From assembly GCA_014729445.1 (NCBI GenBank), contig WJJX01000108.1, forward strand, positions 1 to 46,405: 46,405 nucleotides of DNA, read 5' to 3'. Each line of letters begins with the position of its first letter. The first letter of the stretch is position 1. Both the position numbers and the translations under genes were made by a program. Below are positions 1-9,658 of this stretch, one piece after another. This stretch comes from Candidatus Moraniibacteriota bacterium (GTDB lineage: Bacteria > Patescibacteriota > Minisyncoccia > CAIUEV01 > JAHKAQ01). Below the pieces are notes generated by a model. It was not told where the DNA came from and did no database searches. It saw only the letters and a program-made list of their open reading frames with translations.

Positions 1-24
1 TGAGAACGAATGGATATAAAAATC

Positions 25-528
25 CTACTCAGTCGCCGCGCAACCTTTAGGCACTTTATTGGTGTTAGTCATCTGCGCACAATCACTAATAGCCCCTGCC
101 TCATAACAACCACACAAATTCTCATTACAAGCATAACCAACAGTCTTACCATCGGCCTCCTCAAATCCCAGTGCCATAATACAAGGATTGCTCGTATCTG
201 GATTAATAATTTCTATCTTACAATCCGAACATCCGGATATGCCATTCCAAGTAGTCTGAACATTAGTACCACAACCATAACTTCCAATTGGAAGATCTCC
301 TATACCAACCGCTGTACCGCTAGAATCCTCAAGTTTCGGACAATTCTCAGTTCCAGCTAATATCATAGCATCTCTTAAATCACTTGTCTGGGTTATTAAC
401 GTCGTTGCCCTGGTCTTTTTAAGCCCCCTATTCACCGCGAAAAGCACCATTCCGGCTAGAAGGCCGATGATCGCGACCACAATCATCATTTCAATCAAGG
501 TAAAACCTTTTTCTTTTTTTAATTTCAT
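25..528 (-). CDS. Type IV pilin (prepilin N-terminal cleavage/methylation motif), cysteine-rich head
   Basis: KKEKG|FTLIEMMIVVAIIGLLA class III signal with E5; lies after pilC; 10 Cys in the mature part. Confidence 0.92.
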   Translation of the reverse strand: MKLKKEKGFTLIEMMIVVAIIGLLAGMVLFAVNRGLKKTRATTLITQTSDLRDAMILAGTENCPKLEDSSGTAVGIGDLPIGSYGCGTNVQTTWNGISGCSDCKIEIINPDTSNPCIMALGFEEADGKTVGYACNENLCGCYEAGAISDCAQMTNTNKVPKGCAATE

Positions 529-633
529 TTTTGTTTAAATTACTGATTAATTAATTTATTTTCCAGTAAGCCCCCGTAACGCCCGCTACGCCAACAAAAC
601 GTGGCGAGGAGGGTCTGGGAGTTTCTTGCTAAC

Positions 634-662
634 ATTATACCCTTTCTCCCAATATTAGCAAA
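634..662 (-). promoter_or_regulatory. Putative sigma70 promoter of the pilin gene, overlapped by an inverted repeat
   Basis: Minus strand (T)TTGCTA-16/17 nt-TATAAT; arms TTGCTAACATT (626-636) and AATATTAGCAA (651-661). Confidence 0.6.
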
Positions 663-668
663 CTCAAC

Positions 669-1880
669 CTAAATCGAAGAAGCCATATCGTAAATCGGCA
701 TAATCACCGCCGCAACCAGGATAGCGGTTCCGCCTCCCAAAAGCACAATCAAAATAGGCTCGATAATCGCGGTCATATTTTCGGTCATATTATTCAACTC
801 CCGGTCGTAGAATTTTTCGATATTTTTTAAAATTTGAGGAATTCTTCCGGTATCCTCCCCGATTTTAATCATCTGCGGCACCATCACCGGAAAAGTCAAT
901 TCGTCAACGAACATCGGCTCGGTCATACTGTTTCCCTTTTTAACGCTCGACATTATCCTAACCATCAAATCCCTGTAATATTCATTTTCCATAATTTGAG
1001 CCATTATCGACAAAGATTTCACAATCGTAACTCCCTGACTCAATAAAACTCCCAGATTTTCGGAAAATCGAACAATGTAAGCATAGCGAACCATTTTCCC
1101 GATAATCGGAATCTTGATTATCAAAAAATCATAATATCTTTTCCCGGTTTCGGTCCTAAAGTAAACAATCAAGGCAAAAACCATCGCAAAGGAGACAATC
1201 AAAACCAAAAGCCAATTGGCGCTCATAAAATCGGAAACCGCAATAATCACCTGGGTCGTCCAGGGCAAGGTTACCCCCGATTCTTTAATAATTCCGGTCA
1301 AATCCGGCAGAACCTTGACGCTTAAAAAAAAGAAAACTCCGGCAAAAGCCAATAAAACCACAAAGGGATAAGTCATGGCGCCTTGAATTTTCCTTTTAAG
1401 CTCGTAGCTGCTTTCCACGTGATCGGCCAAATAACTCAAAGAATTAACCAGATCCCCTGAAGCCTCACCGCTTCTTACCACGCTTATGAAAAAATTGTCA
1501 AAATACTTGGAGTTTTTTTCCAAAGCGTCGCTTAAAGCGTCTCCGTCTTCCACATTCCGAGCCATATTTCTACAAATGGTCCTTAAAGTCGCATTCTCTG
1601 TCTGCTCGGAAATGGTTTTTAAAGCTCTGATAATCGGTACCCGGGATTCAATAAGCACCGCCAGCTGCCTGGAAAAAATCACCAAATCTTTGGCTCTGAC
1701 CATACCGAACAGGGCATTCAATCTCTCCATTAAAGCACCGCCGCCTGTATCCTCTTCCAGCGAAAAAGGCTGTAGGCCTTTAGACTTTAAAGCCTCAAAA
1801 GCTTTTTCCTGAGTGGTCGCGGTCACCGTTCCGGTTTGAACTCCGCCGTCTTGTTTTTTAGCCTTGTATTTGAATTTCAT
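669..1880 (-). CDS. pilC: Type IV pilus platform protein PilC (T2SS F family)
   Basis: FSRQLAVLIESRVP, SGEASGDL, IGEDTGRI and IEPILIVLLG motifs; two GspF repeats. Confidence 0.93.
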   Translation of the reverse strand: MKFKYKAKKQDGGVQTGTVTATTQEKAFEALKSKGLQPFSLEEDTGGGALMERLNALFGMVRAKDLVIFSRQLAVLIESRVPIIRALKTISEQTENATLRTICRNMARNVEDGDALSDALEKNSKYFDNFFISVVRSGEASGDLVNSLSYLADHVESSYELKRKIQGAMTYPFVVLLAFAGVFFFLSVKVLPDLTGIIKESGVTLPWTTQVIIAVSDFMSANWLLVLIVSFAMVFALIVYFRTETGKRYYDFLIIKIPIIGKMVRYAYIVRFSENLGVLLSQGVTIVKSLSIMAQIMENEYYRDLMVRIMSSVKKGNSMTEPMFVDELTFPVMVPQMIKIGEDTGRIPQILKNIEKFYDRELNNMTENMTAIIEPILIVLLGGGTAILVAAVIMPIYDMASSI

Positions 1881-1922
1881 ATTCCTTGATTCAAATTAAA
1901 TTTCTTAGATTAAAATCAAAAA

Positions 1923-2999
1923 TCACTTGATCAACATATGGAGCATGTCTCTATCAGTAGCATATTTTTCCGCATCCTCCAAGGTGACTTTACCTTCCTT
2001 GACCAATCGCGCCAGAGAGCGGTTAATGGACTGCATTCCCGATTCGATATGCGTTTCAAGCACATTGATTACCTGATGAGTCTGCCCTTCCCGAATCATA
2101 CTTTCCACCGCATCGTTTTTTAATAAAACCTCGACTCCGGCGATTCTTCCACCGCCCACTTTCGGCAAGAGCCTTTGGGAAACTATTCCCGAAAGGACGC
2201 TGGCCAGCTGGGATCTGATCTGATTCTGCTGATTGCCGGGAAAAACATCGATAATTCTGTCGATTGTCTGCCCGGCGTCGTTGGTATGCAAAGTCGAAAA
2301 AATCAAGTGCCCGGTTTCGGCCGCCGTAATTGCGGTGGCGATCGTTTCGGCGTCTCTCATCTCACCCACCAAAATAACATCCACGTCCTCACGAAAAGCC
2401 GCTCTAAGCCCAGTTCCAAAGGAAATCGCGTCCTGGCCTATCTCCCTTTGATTGATAATACACAAATCCTGACTGTAAACATACTCGATCGGATCCTCGA
2501 TAGTCACAATATGTTCCGCCCGGTTATGATTAATTTCATCAATCAAAGCCGCCATCGAAGTAGATTTTCCATGCCCGGTCGGCCCCACAAACAAAACCAA
2601 ACCTTGAGATAAACGGGTAAATTCATGCAAAATCGGCGGCATATTCAATTCCTCCAAGTTTCTAATATTGGAGTTAATCAAACGAAAAGCGCCGCTCAAA
2701 GTTCCCAGGTGATAATAAACGTTTATCCTGAATCTGGCCTTTTCTCCAAGAGCATAGGAAAAATCGACATTCAGTTCGTTTTTTAAGTGCTCCTTTTGTC
2801 TGTCGTTCATAATCGAGGTAAGAAGATCCTCACAGGTTTTTTTATCCAGAATATTTTCTCCGGCTAAAGCCGCCAGCTGACCGTCCACCCTAAGAACCGG
2901 CGGTTTACCGATACTTATGTGCAAATCCGAAGCCCCCTGCTGAACTACTATCTCCAAAAGGGTCTTCATTTTTTGTTCGGCTTTTATATTTGTCGTCAT
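1923..2999 (-). CDS. pilT: Type IV pilus retraction ATPase PilT
   Basis: ASDLHI, Walker A GPTGHGKST, TIEDPIE, VGEMRD, AETGHLIFSTLHT. Confidence 0.93.
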   Translation of the reverse strand: MTTNIKAEQKMKTLLEIVVQQGASDLHISIGKPPVLRVDGQLAALAGENILDKKTCEDLLTSIMNDRQKEHLKNELNVDFSYALGEKARFRINVYYHLGTLSGAFRLINSNIRNLEELNMPPILHEFTRLSQGLVLFVGPTGHGKSTSMAALIDEINHNRAEHIVTIEDPIEYVYSQDLCIINQREIGQDAISFGTGLRAAFREDVDVILVGEMRDAETIATAITAAETGHLIFSTLHTNDAGQTIDRIIDVFPGNQQNQIRSQLASVLSGIVSQRLLPKVGGGRIAGVEVLLKNDAVESMIREGQTHQVINVLETHIESGMQSINRSLARLVKEGKVTLEDAEKYATDRDMLHMLIK

Positions 3000-3008
3000 A
3001 AGATAAAT

Positions 3009-3398
3009 TTATTTATTTTCTTGGATAACTTGATCGATTTTTTCAACCACTTCCTGAGGCGTAAATTGAGTCTTAATCAAATAATCGGCCGCCCCCATAT
3101 CCATCGCCTTGCTTATATGCTCTTTCCGGCCCAAATTACTCAAAACAATAACCGGCATCTTCAAATTGGGATTATTCTTAATTTCGGTTAAAACTTGAAA
3201 ACCGTCCTTTTTAGGCATCAACAAATCCAGAACCACCAAGGCATAATGGCCTTTATTAATTTTGCTCATCGCATCCTCGCCGTCAACAGCCAGCTCAACC
3301 TTATATCCGCGACTCTCCAATTCAACCACATAAATATCGGAAATAAAAGGATCGTCCTCGACAATTAAAACTTTCATTTTTGATTTTTTTTCAGTCAT
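3009..3398 (-). CDS. Stand-alone response-regulator receiver domain protein
   Basis: LIVEDD acidic pocket, LDLLMPKKDG phospho-Asp, LSN, YLIK; no output domain. Confidence 0.9.
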   Translation of the reverse strand: MTEKKSKMKVLIVEDDPFISDIYVVELESRGYKVELAVDGEDAMSKINKGHYALVVLDLLMPKKDGFQVLTEIKNNPNLKMPVIVLSNLGRKEHISKAMDMGAADYLIKTQFTPQEVVEKIDQVIQENK

Positions 3399-3438
3399 AG
3401 ATTTTATTTAATAATTTTTTAACATAAATTTAAATCCC

Positions 3439-5253
3439 CTAGCTTACAGGCAGATTAACCGGCGCTTCCGCGGAAGCTTTCTGGCTTTCCAGCTCGGCTT
3501 GAGCAAGCTGATCTTGTTTCTCTTTTTTCTTTTCCTGCAAAGTTACAACATTTTCATTCAGTTCCTCCTGATTGTCTTCAGCCGTCGCCTCTTCAATCGC
3601 CTCAATAGTGGTGTGTCCGTTCAAGGCTTTCAATATGCCATCCTCATGCATAAAAACGGCCCCCTGTCTTCTAAATTCCTCCTTTAAATTACCCGCGCTT
3701 AAATCGTCGTCGATTACCGTTCGCATCTGCGGCCCGCAGAATACCACCTCAAAAATACCTATCCGGCCCTTATAACCTGAATTTCTGCACTTCGCGCAAC
3801 CTTTAGCCTTCCAGACCTTAAAGTCAGTTGGATCAAAGTCAGGAATTCTTTTTTTCAATTCTTTTTCAGAAATTCCCTCCAAAGTCTCTAAAACATAACG
3901 TTTTACTCTATCTGTAGGCTCCACCTTATGTTTACAGCTATCGCAGATTCTTCTAACCAGCCTCTGCCCCACTACCGCTCTTAAACTGGAAGAAACTAGA
4001 AACGGCTCTATACCCATATCAACCAAACGCGGAATGGCTCCTAAAGCGTCATTGGTATGCAAAGTCGAAAGAACCAGATGGCCGGTTAAAGCGGCGTGGG
4101 TAGCCAGCTCGGCCGTTTCCCCGTCTCTGATTTCGCCGACCATTATAATATCGGGGTCCTGCCTCAAAGCCGATCTTAAACCCGAAGCAAAAGTGAAACC
4201 GATCTCCGGCTTCACCTGACAATGGTTAACTCCATCCACTTTATATTCGACCGGATCCTCCAAGGTGAGAATATTCCTCTTGATTTCGTTTAATTTTTTT
4301 AAGGAGGCAAAAATGGTCGTCGATTTTCCGCTGCCGGTGGGGCCGGTAACTAAAATTATACCATACGGCTGATCCAGAGCTTCCTTTAAAACCTCGATAT
4401 TTCTTCCGTACATCCCCAAATTGCTAAGTTGCGTCAAATTTTCATTCTTTTCCAAAAGCCTCATCACCACCTTTTCGCCTTCCGCGGTCGGTAAAGTGGA
4501 GACACGAACGTCGATCTCTCTTCCGTCCTCGGCCTCGGCCTTTAATCTGCCGTCCTGGGGCTTCCTTTTTTCATCGATTCTTAAATTGGACATAATCTTG
4601 ACTCTGGAAACCACTGCCGGAGCAATCCCTTTGGCCATTTTAAAACTTTCGTGCAGGGCTCCATCCACCCTGTATCTTACTCTTAAAACATCCTCCTGAG
4701 GCTCGATATGAATATCACTGGCTCTTCCCTTAATCGCATGATCTAAAATCACATCAACCACTTTAGCCACCGGAGCCGCGCTAACATCCTCCTGCTCCCT
4801 TTTCTTTTTTTTTCTTGCCTCGCGCTCGGCCTTTAACTGTTCTTCGGATTTAATATAATCCTTGACCAAATCCTGAATATCGGCTCCTGAAGCCTCATAA
4901 TTCTCCAGGGCTTTTTTAAAACTTTCCTCGCTTGTCTTAAATATTTCGGTTCTATAATTGGATTTACTGGCCAGAAACCTCATCGCGTTAACCGCATCCA
5001 TATCCCCGGGATTAACCATAGCCACTTTTAATTCACCGTTTTCCAGCCCAAAAGGAATCATTTTATATCTTTCCACCATCTCTTTGGCAAAAAGCTTCAA
5101 AAGCTTCATCGGAATATCTTTTTTGGACAAATCGACCGATTCTATTGAAGAGCTGCCGGGATTGCCAGCAAGAACATCCCCGCCTTTGCCGGCCGGAGTT
5201 ATTTCAACATCGGAAGCGTTTATATCCTGCGTATCTTTTCCTGAAATAGCCAT
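3439..5253 (-). CDS. pilB: Type IV pilus assembly ATPase PilB (GspE/PulE family)
   Basis: ASDIHIEP, PQDGR, GPTGSGKST, LRQDPDIIMVGEIRD, CxxC...CxxC zinc motif. Confidence 0.93.
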   Translation of the reverse strand: MAISGKDTQDINASDVEITPAGKGGDVLAGNPGSSSIESVDLSKKDIPMKLLKLFAKEMVERYKMIPFGLENGELKVAMVNPGDMDAVNAMRFLASKSNYRTEIFKTSEESFKKALENYEASGADIQDLVKDYIKSEEQLKAEREARKKKKREQEDVSAAPVAKVVDVILDHAIKGRASDIHIEPQEDVLRVRYRVDGALHESFKMAKGIAPAVVSRVKIMSNLRIDEKRKPQDGRLKAEAEDGREIDVRVSTLPTAEGEKVVMRLLEKNENLTQLSNLGMYGRNIEVLKEALDQPYGIILVTGPTGSGKSTTIFASLKKLNEIKRNILTLEDPVEYKVDGVNHCQVKPEIGFTFASGLRSALRQDPDIIMVGEIRDGETAELATHAALTGHLVLSTLHTNDALGAIPRLVDMGIEPFLVSSSLRAVVGQRLVRRICDSCKHKVEPTDRVKRYVLETLEGISEKELKKRIPDFDPTDFKVWKAKGCAKCRNSGYKGRIGIFEVVFCGPQMRTVIDDDLSAGNLKEEFRRQGAVFMHEDGILKALNGHTTIEAIEEATAEDNQEELNENVVTLQEKKKEKQDQLAQAELESQKASAEAPVNLPVS

Positions 5254-5291
5254 TAGATAAAATTCTATTTAATAATAAACAATCCAAATTC

Positions 5292-5684
5292 TTATCTCAA
5301 AAAAGGATTCTCTTTGCCCTTTTCCTCGGGCGAAACCTGAATCGGAATTTCTTCCTCATCCTGAGATTCCAGACTGCTCAAAAAACCCACAGCGTCTTCA
5401 TCCAGCTTCTCGGGCAACATTAAATTTCCGACTTTTTTGCCGGTCAGTTGTCTTTCCCTGATATTAAGTCCTTCTTTGGTCTCGGTTCTTGTCGTAACCG
5501 AAGGCACGGTTCTGGTAGTCGTTACTTCGCTGGTACCGAACAAAAAACCTTGATCCACGGCATAATAAACCCCTCCGCCGATTAATAACACCAAAAAAAA
5601 CAAGCCCAAAAGCAAAACCCAGGATGAACCCTCCTTTTTATTTTCCTCTTTTTTGGCTAATTTGTCTCCGGATGAAAAATCCAT
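5292..5684 (-). CDS. Single-TM hypothetical protein in the pilus operon
   Basis: One N-terminal TM helix, C-terminal GKENPF; lies between pilO-like and pilB. Confidence 0.7.
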   Translation of the reverse strand: MDFSSGDKLAKKEENKKEGSSWVLLLGLFFLVLLIGGGVYYAVDQGFLFGTSEVTTTRTVPSVTTRTETKEGLNIRERQLTGKKVGNLMLPEKLDEDAVGFLSSLESQDEEEIPIQVSPEEKGKENPFLR

Positions 5685-5702
5685 AAGTATTGTTTAATTT
5701 TT

Positions 5703-6371
5703 TTAATTTGAAACGGTGTTTGACGCGCCGGAAGCGGAGGAAGATCCTGTGGCAGTTCCGCCGGCGGTATTTAAAATTCCCTTAACCGCACTTGGCTCGA
5801 TTACATCTTTTTTATAAAATTCAAACTCCAGTTCGGCCGACATGAAATTGATAGACGCCTCCCCCTCTCCGGATCTTGACTGAAACTCCAAAGTTAAAAG
5901 GTTAAGATTGGAAACCCTGTCCAATTTCTGCAAATCCTCAAGAAAAGATTTTATAGACTCGTAAGACCCTACCACTTCGGTGGAAAATTGGATTGAATCC
6001 ACCTCGTTTATATCCATTTTTGCATTCTGATTTCTGGAGCCGCCGCTGCTGTCATCATTAATACTCACTCCCTCATAAATCAACTGGTGTTTGTCAAAGA
6101 GATTTTCCAACTTTATTAAAACCTCCTCGATCTTTGCATCGGCCGGCAGAGCCACAAACAAACTCTGCAGTCTGGATTCTTCTTCGGAATAAGTCTGTTT
6201 TAAAACCTCAAGTATTCTATCTATCTCGTTCTCTTCCTGAAGTTGTTTTTCCGCCTGTTCAATTTTGGTGTTCTTTATCTCTTTGGCGCTGTTATAATTA
6301 GGCACGGCCTGAAAAGCGATCATCACAATAGCCATAATCAACGCCAAAGGAAAAATAAGAGCTTGTATCAT
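5703..6371 (-). CDS. pilO: PilO-like pilus alignment protein
   Basis: TM helix, coiled coil, ALP motif, GSYESIKSFLEDLQKLDR ferredoxin-like signature; operon context. Confidence 0.78.
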   Translation of the reverse strand: MIQALIFPLALIMAIVMIAFQAVPNYNSAKEIKNTKIEQAEKQLQEENEIDRILEVLKQTYSEEESRLQSLFVALPADAKIEEVLIKLENLFDKHQLIYEGVSINDDSSGGSRNQNAKMDINEVDSIQFSTEVVGSYESIKSFLEDLQKLDRVSNLNLLTLEFQSRSGEGEASINFMSAELEFEFYKKDVIEPSAVKGILNTAGGTATGSSSASGASNTVSN

Positions 6372-6408
6372 AATTATAAATAATTTTTATTTTTATTCTT
6401 AATTATTG

Positions 6409-7086
6409 TTATCGTATTCGATCATTTAAATTCTCTATCGGCGCCTCGTTGTCGACTTTAACTTCGCCCTGCAGCTCAGGTCTGTAAGCGGCCCGACTTA
6501 AACCGTCTTTATTTAAAATAAGCTCCACTTCAAAAGTTATTCCGATCTCCTCAAGACTGAGTTCGTTAATTATAACATCTTCTATCATGGGCGATTCAAA
6601 AAAAGAATATAACTGTTTGGAGGCTTCATTTAAGGTGGGCACAACCACTTCAATATTAACACTGTCCGGCTGCTGATTTGAGGCGGTATTGTCTTCTCTT
6701 GAAAACTGAGCTGATCCACTAAACGACTGCAAATAAGCTTCTTTAAGCATCCTGTCTTCCAATTCGGCCAAAAAACCAGTCCAATATTTCTGTTTATAGG
6801 CCATATCCCCTATAAAATTTAAACGAGTCGTAATATCGACAACGTTTGCCACTTGTTCCAAATTTTCACCGCTATATCTAGCTTCCTTCAATTTTTCTAT
6901 CTTTCCTTGAGTCCTGTTAAGTTCAGCCTCCACAGTTTTTTTATAAAAATAAGCACCGATCCAGGCTCCCAAACCAATCAAAAACATTAAGACCCCGAAA
7001 ATCATATTTTTCATCAACTGCTTCTGTCTTTTTTTTTCCCTATAGGCAGTGGTTTGTTTTGCAAAATTTATACCTTTTGCAGCCAT
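6409..7086 (-). CDS. PilN-like pilus alignment protein
   Basis: N-terminal INF motif (cf. PilN INLL), TM helix, coiled coil, WTGFLAELE; directly upstream of pilO-like. Confidence 0.65.
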   Translation of the reverse strand: MAAKGINFAKQTTAYREKKRQKQLMKNMIFGVLMFLIGLGAWIGAYFYKKTVEAELNRTQGKIEKLKEARYSGENLEQVANVVDITTRLNFIGDMAYKQKYWTGFLAELEDRMLKEAYLQSFSGSAQFSREDNTASNQQPDSVNIEVVVPTLNEASKQLYSFFESPMIEDVIINELSLEEIGITFEVELILNKDGLSRAAYRPELQGEVKVDNEAPIENLNDRIR

Positions 7087-7149
7087 ATTTTTTTAATTTA
7101 TTTTTTTTATTTTTTATTGTCTTTTGAAAAATTATTTTATTTCAATTCT

Positions 7150-7178
7150 ATTATACAAAGGCTTTCTACCTTTTGCAA
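7150..7178 (-). promoter_or_regulatory. Putative sigma70 promoter of the pilus operon
   Basis: Minus strand TTGCAA-17 nt-TATAAT, about 65 nt upstream of the pilN-like start. Confidence 0.7.
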
Positions 7179-7195
7179 CAATTGTAACGGGCCAA

Positions 7196-7741
7196 TCAAA
7201 ATCTAATCCTCTCAAATTCACCCTTGTTGTGGGAAAAAAGCAGATTTATTCCTTTAAAAAAATAATAAAACAGGGGACAAAATAACAAACAGTTAATAAA
7301 AATCGCCTCAACAGCATTCACCAACATATAACCAAAATTTTCCTTCAAAACCACGCCGAATAAACCTTCTCGAGTGACCATCAGGAGTTTTGAAAAATAA
7401 AAAATAAACTCATACAAAAAAAGATACACGGCGCCAATAACCAAAAAATGGAAAAAATTGTATTGATTAAGGCGGTCCCTGAAAAAATAATTCAATAAAA
7501 ACGGCAGTGAAAAATAAAAAAGTATAACTGCCTCGTAAAAATAAACATTAAAAAAATAAGTCAATAAACCGAAAACACCTGCCCAAAAATAATAATGATT
7601 CAATTTGAAAAACAAAACAGAGGCCACAAAACCCAAAACAATAAGGTTGACTCCGTAATCGGTTAAACCGTAGACCGGCAGCACTACAAATTGGAGCAAA
7701 AAAATATAGAATATATACAATACATAGAATATAACTTTCAT
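7196..7741 (-). CDS. Polytopic membrane protein, possibly MreD-like
   Basis: About 5 hydrophobic helices, LLQ..LP..G..VNL pattern and size resemble MreD; no mreB/mreC nearby; ATGA overlap with the GT2 gene. Confidence 0.5.
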   Translation of the reverse strand: MKVIFYVLYIFYIFLLQFVVLPVYGLTDYGVNLIVLGFVASVLFFKLNHYYFWAGVFGLLTYFFNVYFYEAVILFYFSLPFLLNYFFRDRLNQYNFFHFLVIGAVYLFLYEFIFYFSKLLMVTREGLFGVVLKENFGYMLVNAVEAIFINCLLFCPLFYYFFKGINLLFSHNKGEFERIRF

Positions 7742-9264
7742 TTGGATTTCCTTAATTTTTCGCTAACCCAAAAACTGCTGAAATATCTGCCCAGCATCAA
7801 TCTAGTCTGGGAGTCGATCGCCGGAAAACCCATTATCGGAGCGATGAAAGGCACCAAAAGCCATTGAAAAAGCATGCCTAAATACCTGATTTTTTTATAA
7901 CCGGAAGGCTTTTTAGGCACAAGATAAAAACTCAAAACCATTGCCACCAAAATTCCGCTCATCCCAAAGGTCAAAAGAGCCTCGGTTAAAAGAGGCAGAC
8001 TATGAGACACGACGGTTTCGTTGAATTCATTTCCTCCAATAATTAAAGGCAGCCAACCCAAAAACAAAATTATTAAAGAGGAAGTCGCCCAGGAATAATG
8101 ACCTTCAATCATTAACATCATATGCCTGAACTTCTCAAAAAAAGAAATCTTCGTTCCCCTGAAAAAAGCCACTCCGATCCTGGGAAAGCTTTCAATTCCA
8201 TAAGCCCACCTTCTTTTTTGTTTATACTGATTTACCAAAGTCTTCCAAAAAGAACCGGCCAAAGTAGCGTCCATAGAAACGGAAATAAGAAGAGGCCTGA
8301 CCGTATAATTTCCATCATAATAAATATAGCACTGCCAAAAAATGGCCGAATCGTCGCTAATCACATCGCTCTGCCAAAAACCGACCTCCTTTAAAGCCTT
8401 TAAACTCATAGAATGCGACGAAAAAGTAACCAGCCTTTCCGGTCTCGCGCTTTCGGTTAAATGCCAAAAAGAAGCGCCTAAAGCGACGATTCTAACAATA
8501 GCAATCGTATCCCAGATATTGTTGTTATAAGTAGGCAGAGGCTGATAGCTCTGACGATATCTCTCTTTTTCGCCTATAAAATGATAACTTGTTTTGGCCA
8601 AATATTGCTTATGAATACAGGTATCGCAGTCAAAGTTGGAGACTATCACCTTATCTATAGGAATCTTTGCCGTTTTCAAATATTCAATCCCTTTCTTGGC
8701 GGCCCAATTCGCATTATTGGTCTTGACCTTCATCTCACCGGGCAAAACCGGATGAACATTAGTCAGAAACTTTTTGAAAAGCCCGCCGTATTTCTTCTTA
8801 AGAACTTTTTGTCGGGTATAAGCCTCTTTACCGGCTCTTTGCTCGCCGCTCATCGAAATAATAATCTTATCTTTAGGATAATTGGAATCGACTATCGACT
8901 TAATCGCTGGCTCCAGAATTTCCAATCCTTCTCTATAGTAAGGGATAACAATCAGATGATAGACATTTTCCATACTCAATCCGTCACAAACACCCAATTT
9001 TTGAGCCTTCTTCAACCAATCAATTTTTTCGTTTTTACGCATTTGACGATAAGCTACTAAAGAATGGCCGGTTACAATAAAAACCCGCGTCAACCAGAAA
9101 ACGTCATAAATAATAATAAAAACCACCGCCATAATCGGCGCCAAAAAAGAAAGAATAATCGAACCCAGAATAGTCGCCCAAGTCAACAATCCGGGCAGCA
9201 TTTCCAACCGTCTGTACAATTTATAATCTTTATCGCCTTTTTTTGGTCTGTCAGGATATTTCAT
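7738..9264 (-). CDS. Membrane-embedded processive glycosyltransferase family 2
   Basis: IVIPYYRE, FDCD (DxD), SDD and QKRRW (QxxRW) motifs flanked by TM helices. Confidence 0.88.
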   Translation of the reverse strand: MKYPDRPKKGDKDYKLYRRLEMLPGLLTWATILGSIILSFLAPIMAVVFIIIYDVFWLTRVFIVTGHSLVAYRQMRKNEKIDWLKKAQKLGVCDGLSMENVYHLIVIPYYREGLEILEPAIKSIVDSNYPKDKIIISMSGEQRAGKEAYTRQKVLKKKYGGLFKKFLTNVHPVLPGEMKVKTNNANWAAKKGIEYLKTAKIPIDKVIVSNFDCDTCIHKQYLAKTSYHFIGEKERYRQSYQPLPTYNNNIWDTIAIVRIVALGASFWHLTESARPERLVTFSSHSMSLKALKEVGFWQSDVISDDSAIFWQCYIYYDGNYTVRPLLISVSMDATLAGSFWKTLVNQYKQKRRWAYGIESFPRIGVAFFRGTKISFFEKFRHMMLMIEGHYSWATSSLIILFLGWLPLIIGGNEFNETVVSHSLPLLTEALLTFGMSGILVAMVLSFYLVPKKPSGYKKIRYLGMLFQWLLVPFIAPIMGFPAIDSQTRLMLGRYFSSFWVSEKLRKSK

Positions 9265-9271
9265 AAAAGAT

Positions 9272-9658
9272 TTAAACTTTATTTACCAACATTAAAGCTA
9301 TCACCGCAATAAGCAGTATTATATTAAAAATCAACGAGGTGGCCAACAGGATCTTTGAACCAGCCAGATATCTCTTTTCCAGAGAAGAAGCCAAAGAACC
9401 GTTCAGCAAAATCACAAAAAATCCCAGCAAAGGAAGCGCGTAAATATTCTTTTTCTCTCCCTCAAGGATAACCCCAAAATAAGCATTATATTTCAAAATA
9501 ACCGGATTAATAAGGGATGAGGATTTGGCAAATATAAACAACCAAATAATAAAATTAAGAATCAAGGAAGCGATTAAGTAGAATCTTACATAGCTGTCCT
9601 TAAAAAAATTCTCTCTAACAATGTTTTTTTGATTATTGCTTTTAGTCTCCATCACCAT
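9272..9658 (-). CDS. Three-TM hypothetical membrane protein
   Basis: Three hydrophobic segments, LKYNAYFGV loop; overlaps the upstream gene. Confidence 0.75.
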   Translation of the reverse strand: MVMETKSNNQKNIVRENFFKDSYVRFYLIASLILNFIIWLFIFAKSSSLINPVILKYNAYFGVILEGEKKNIYALPLLGFFVILLNGSLASSLEKRYLAGSKILLATSLIFNIILLIAVIALMLVNKV

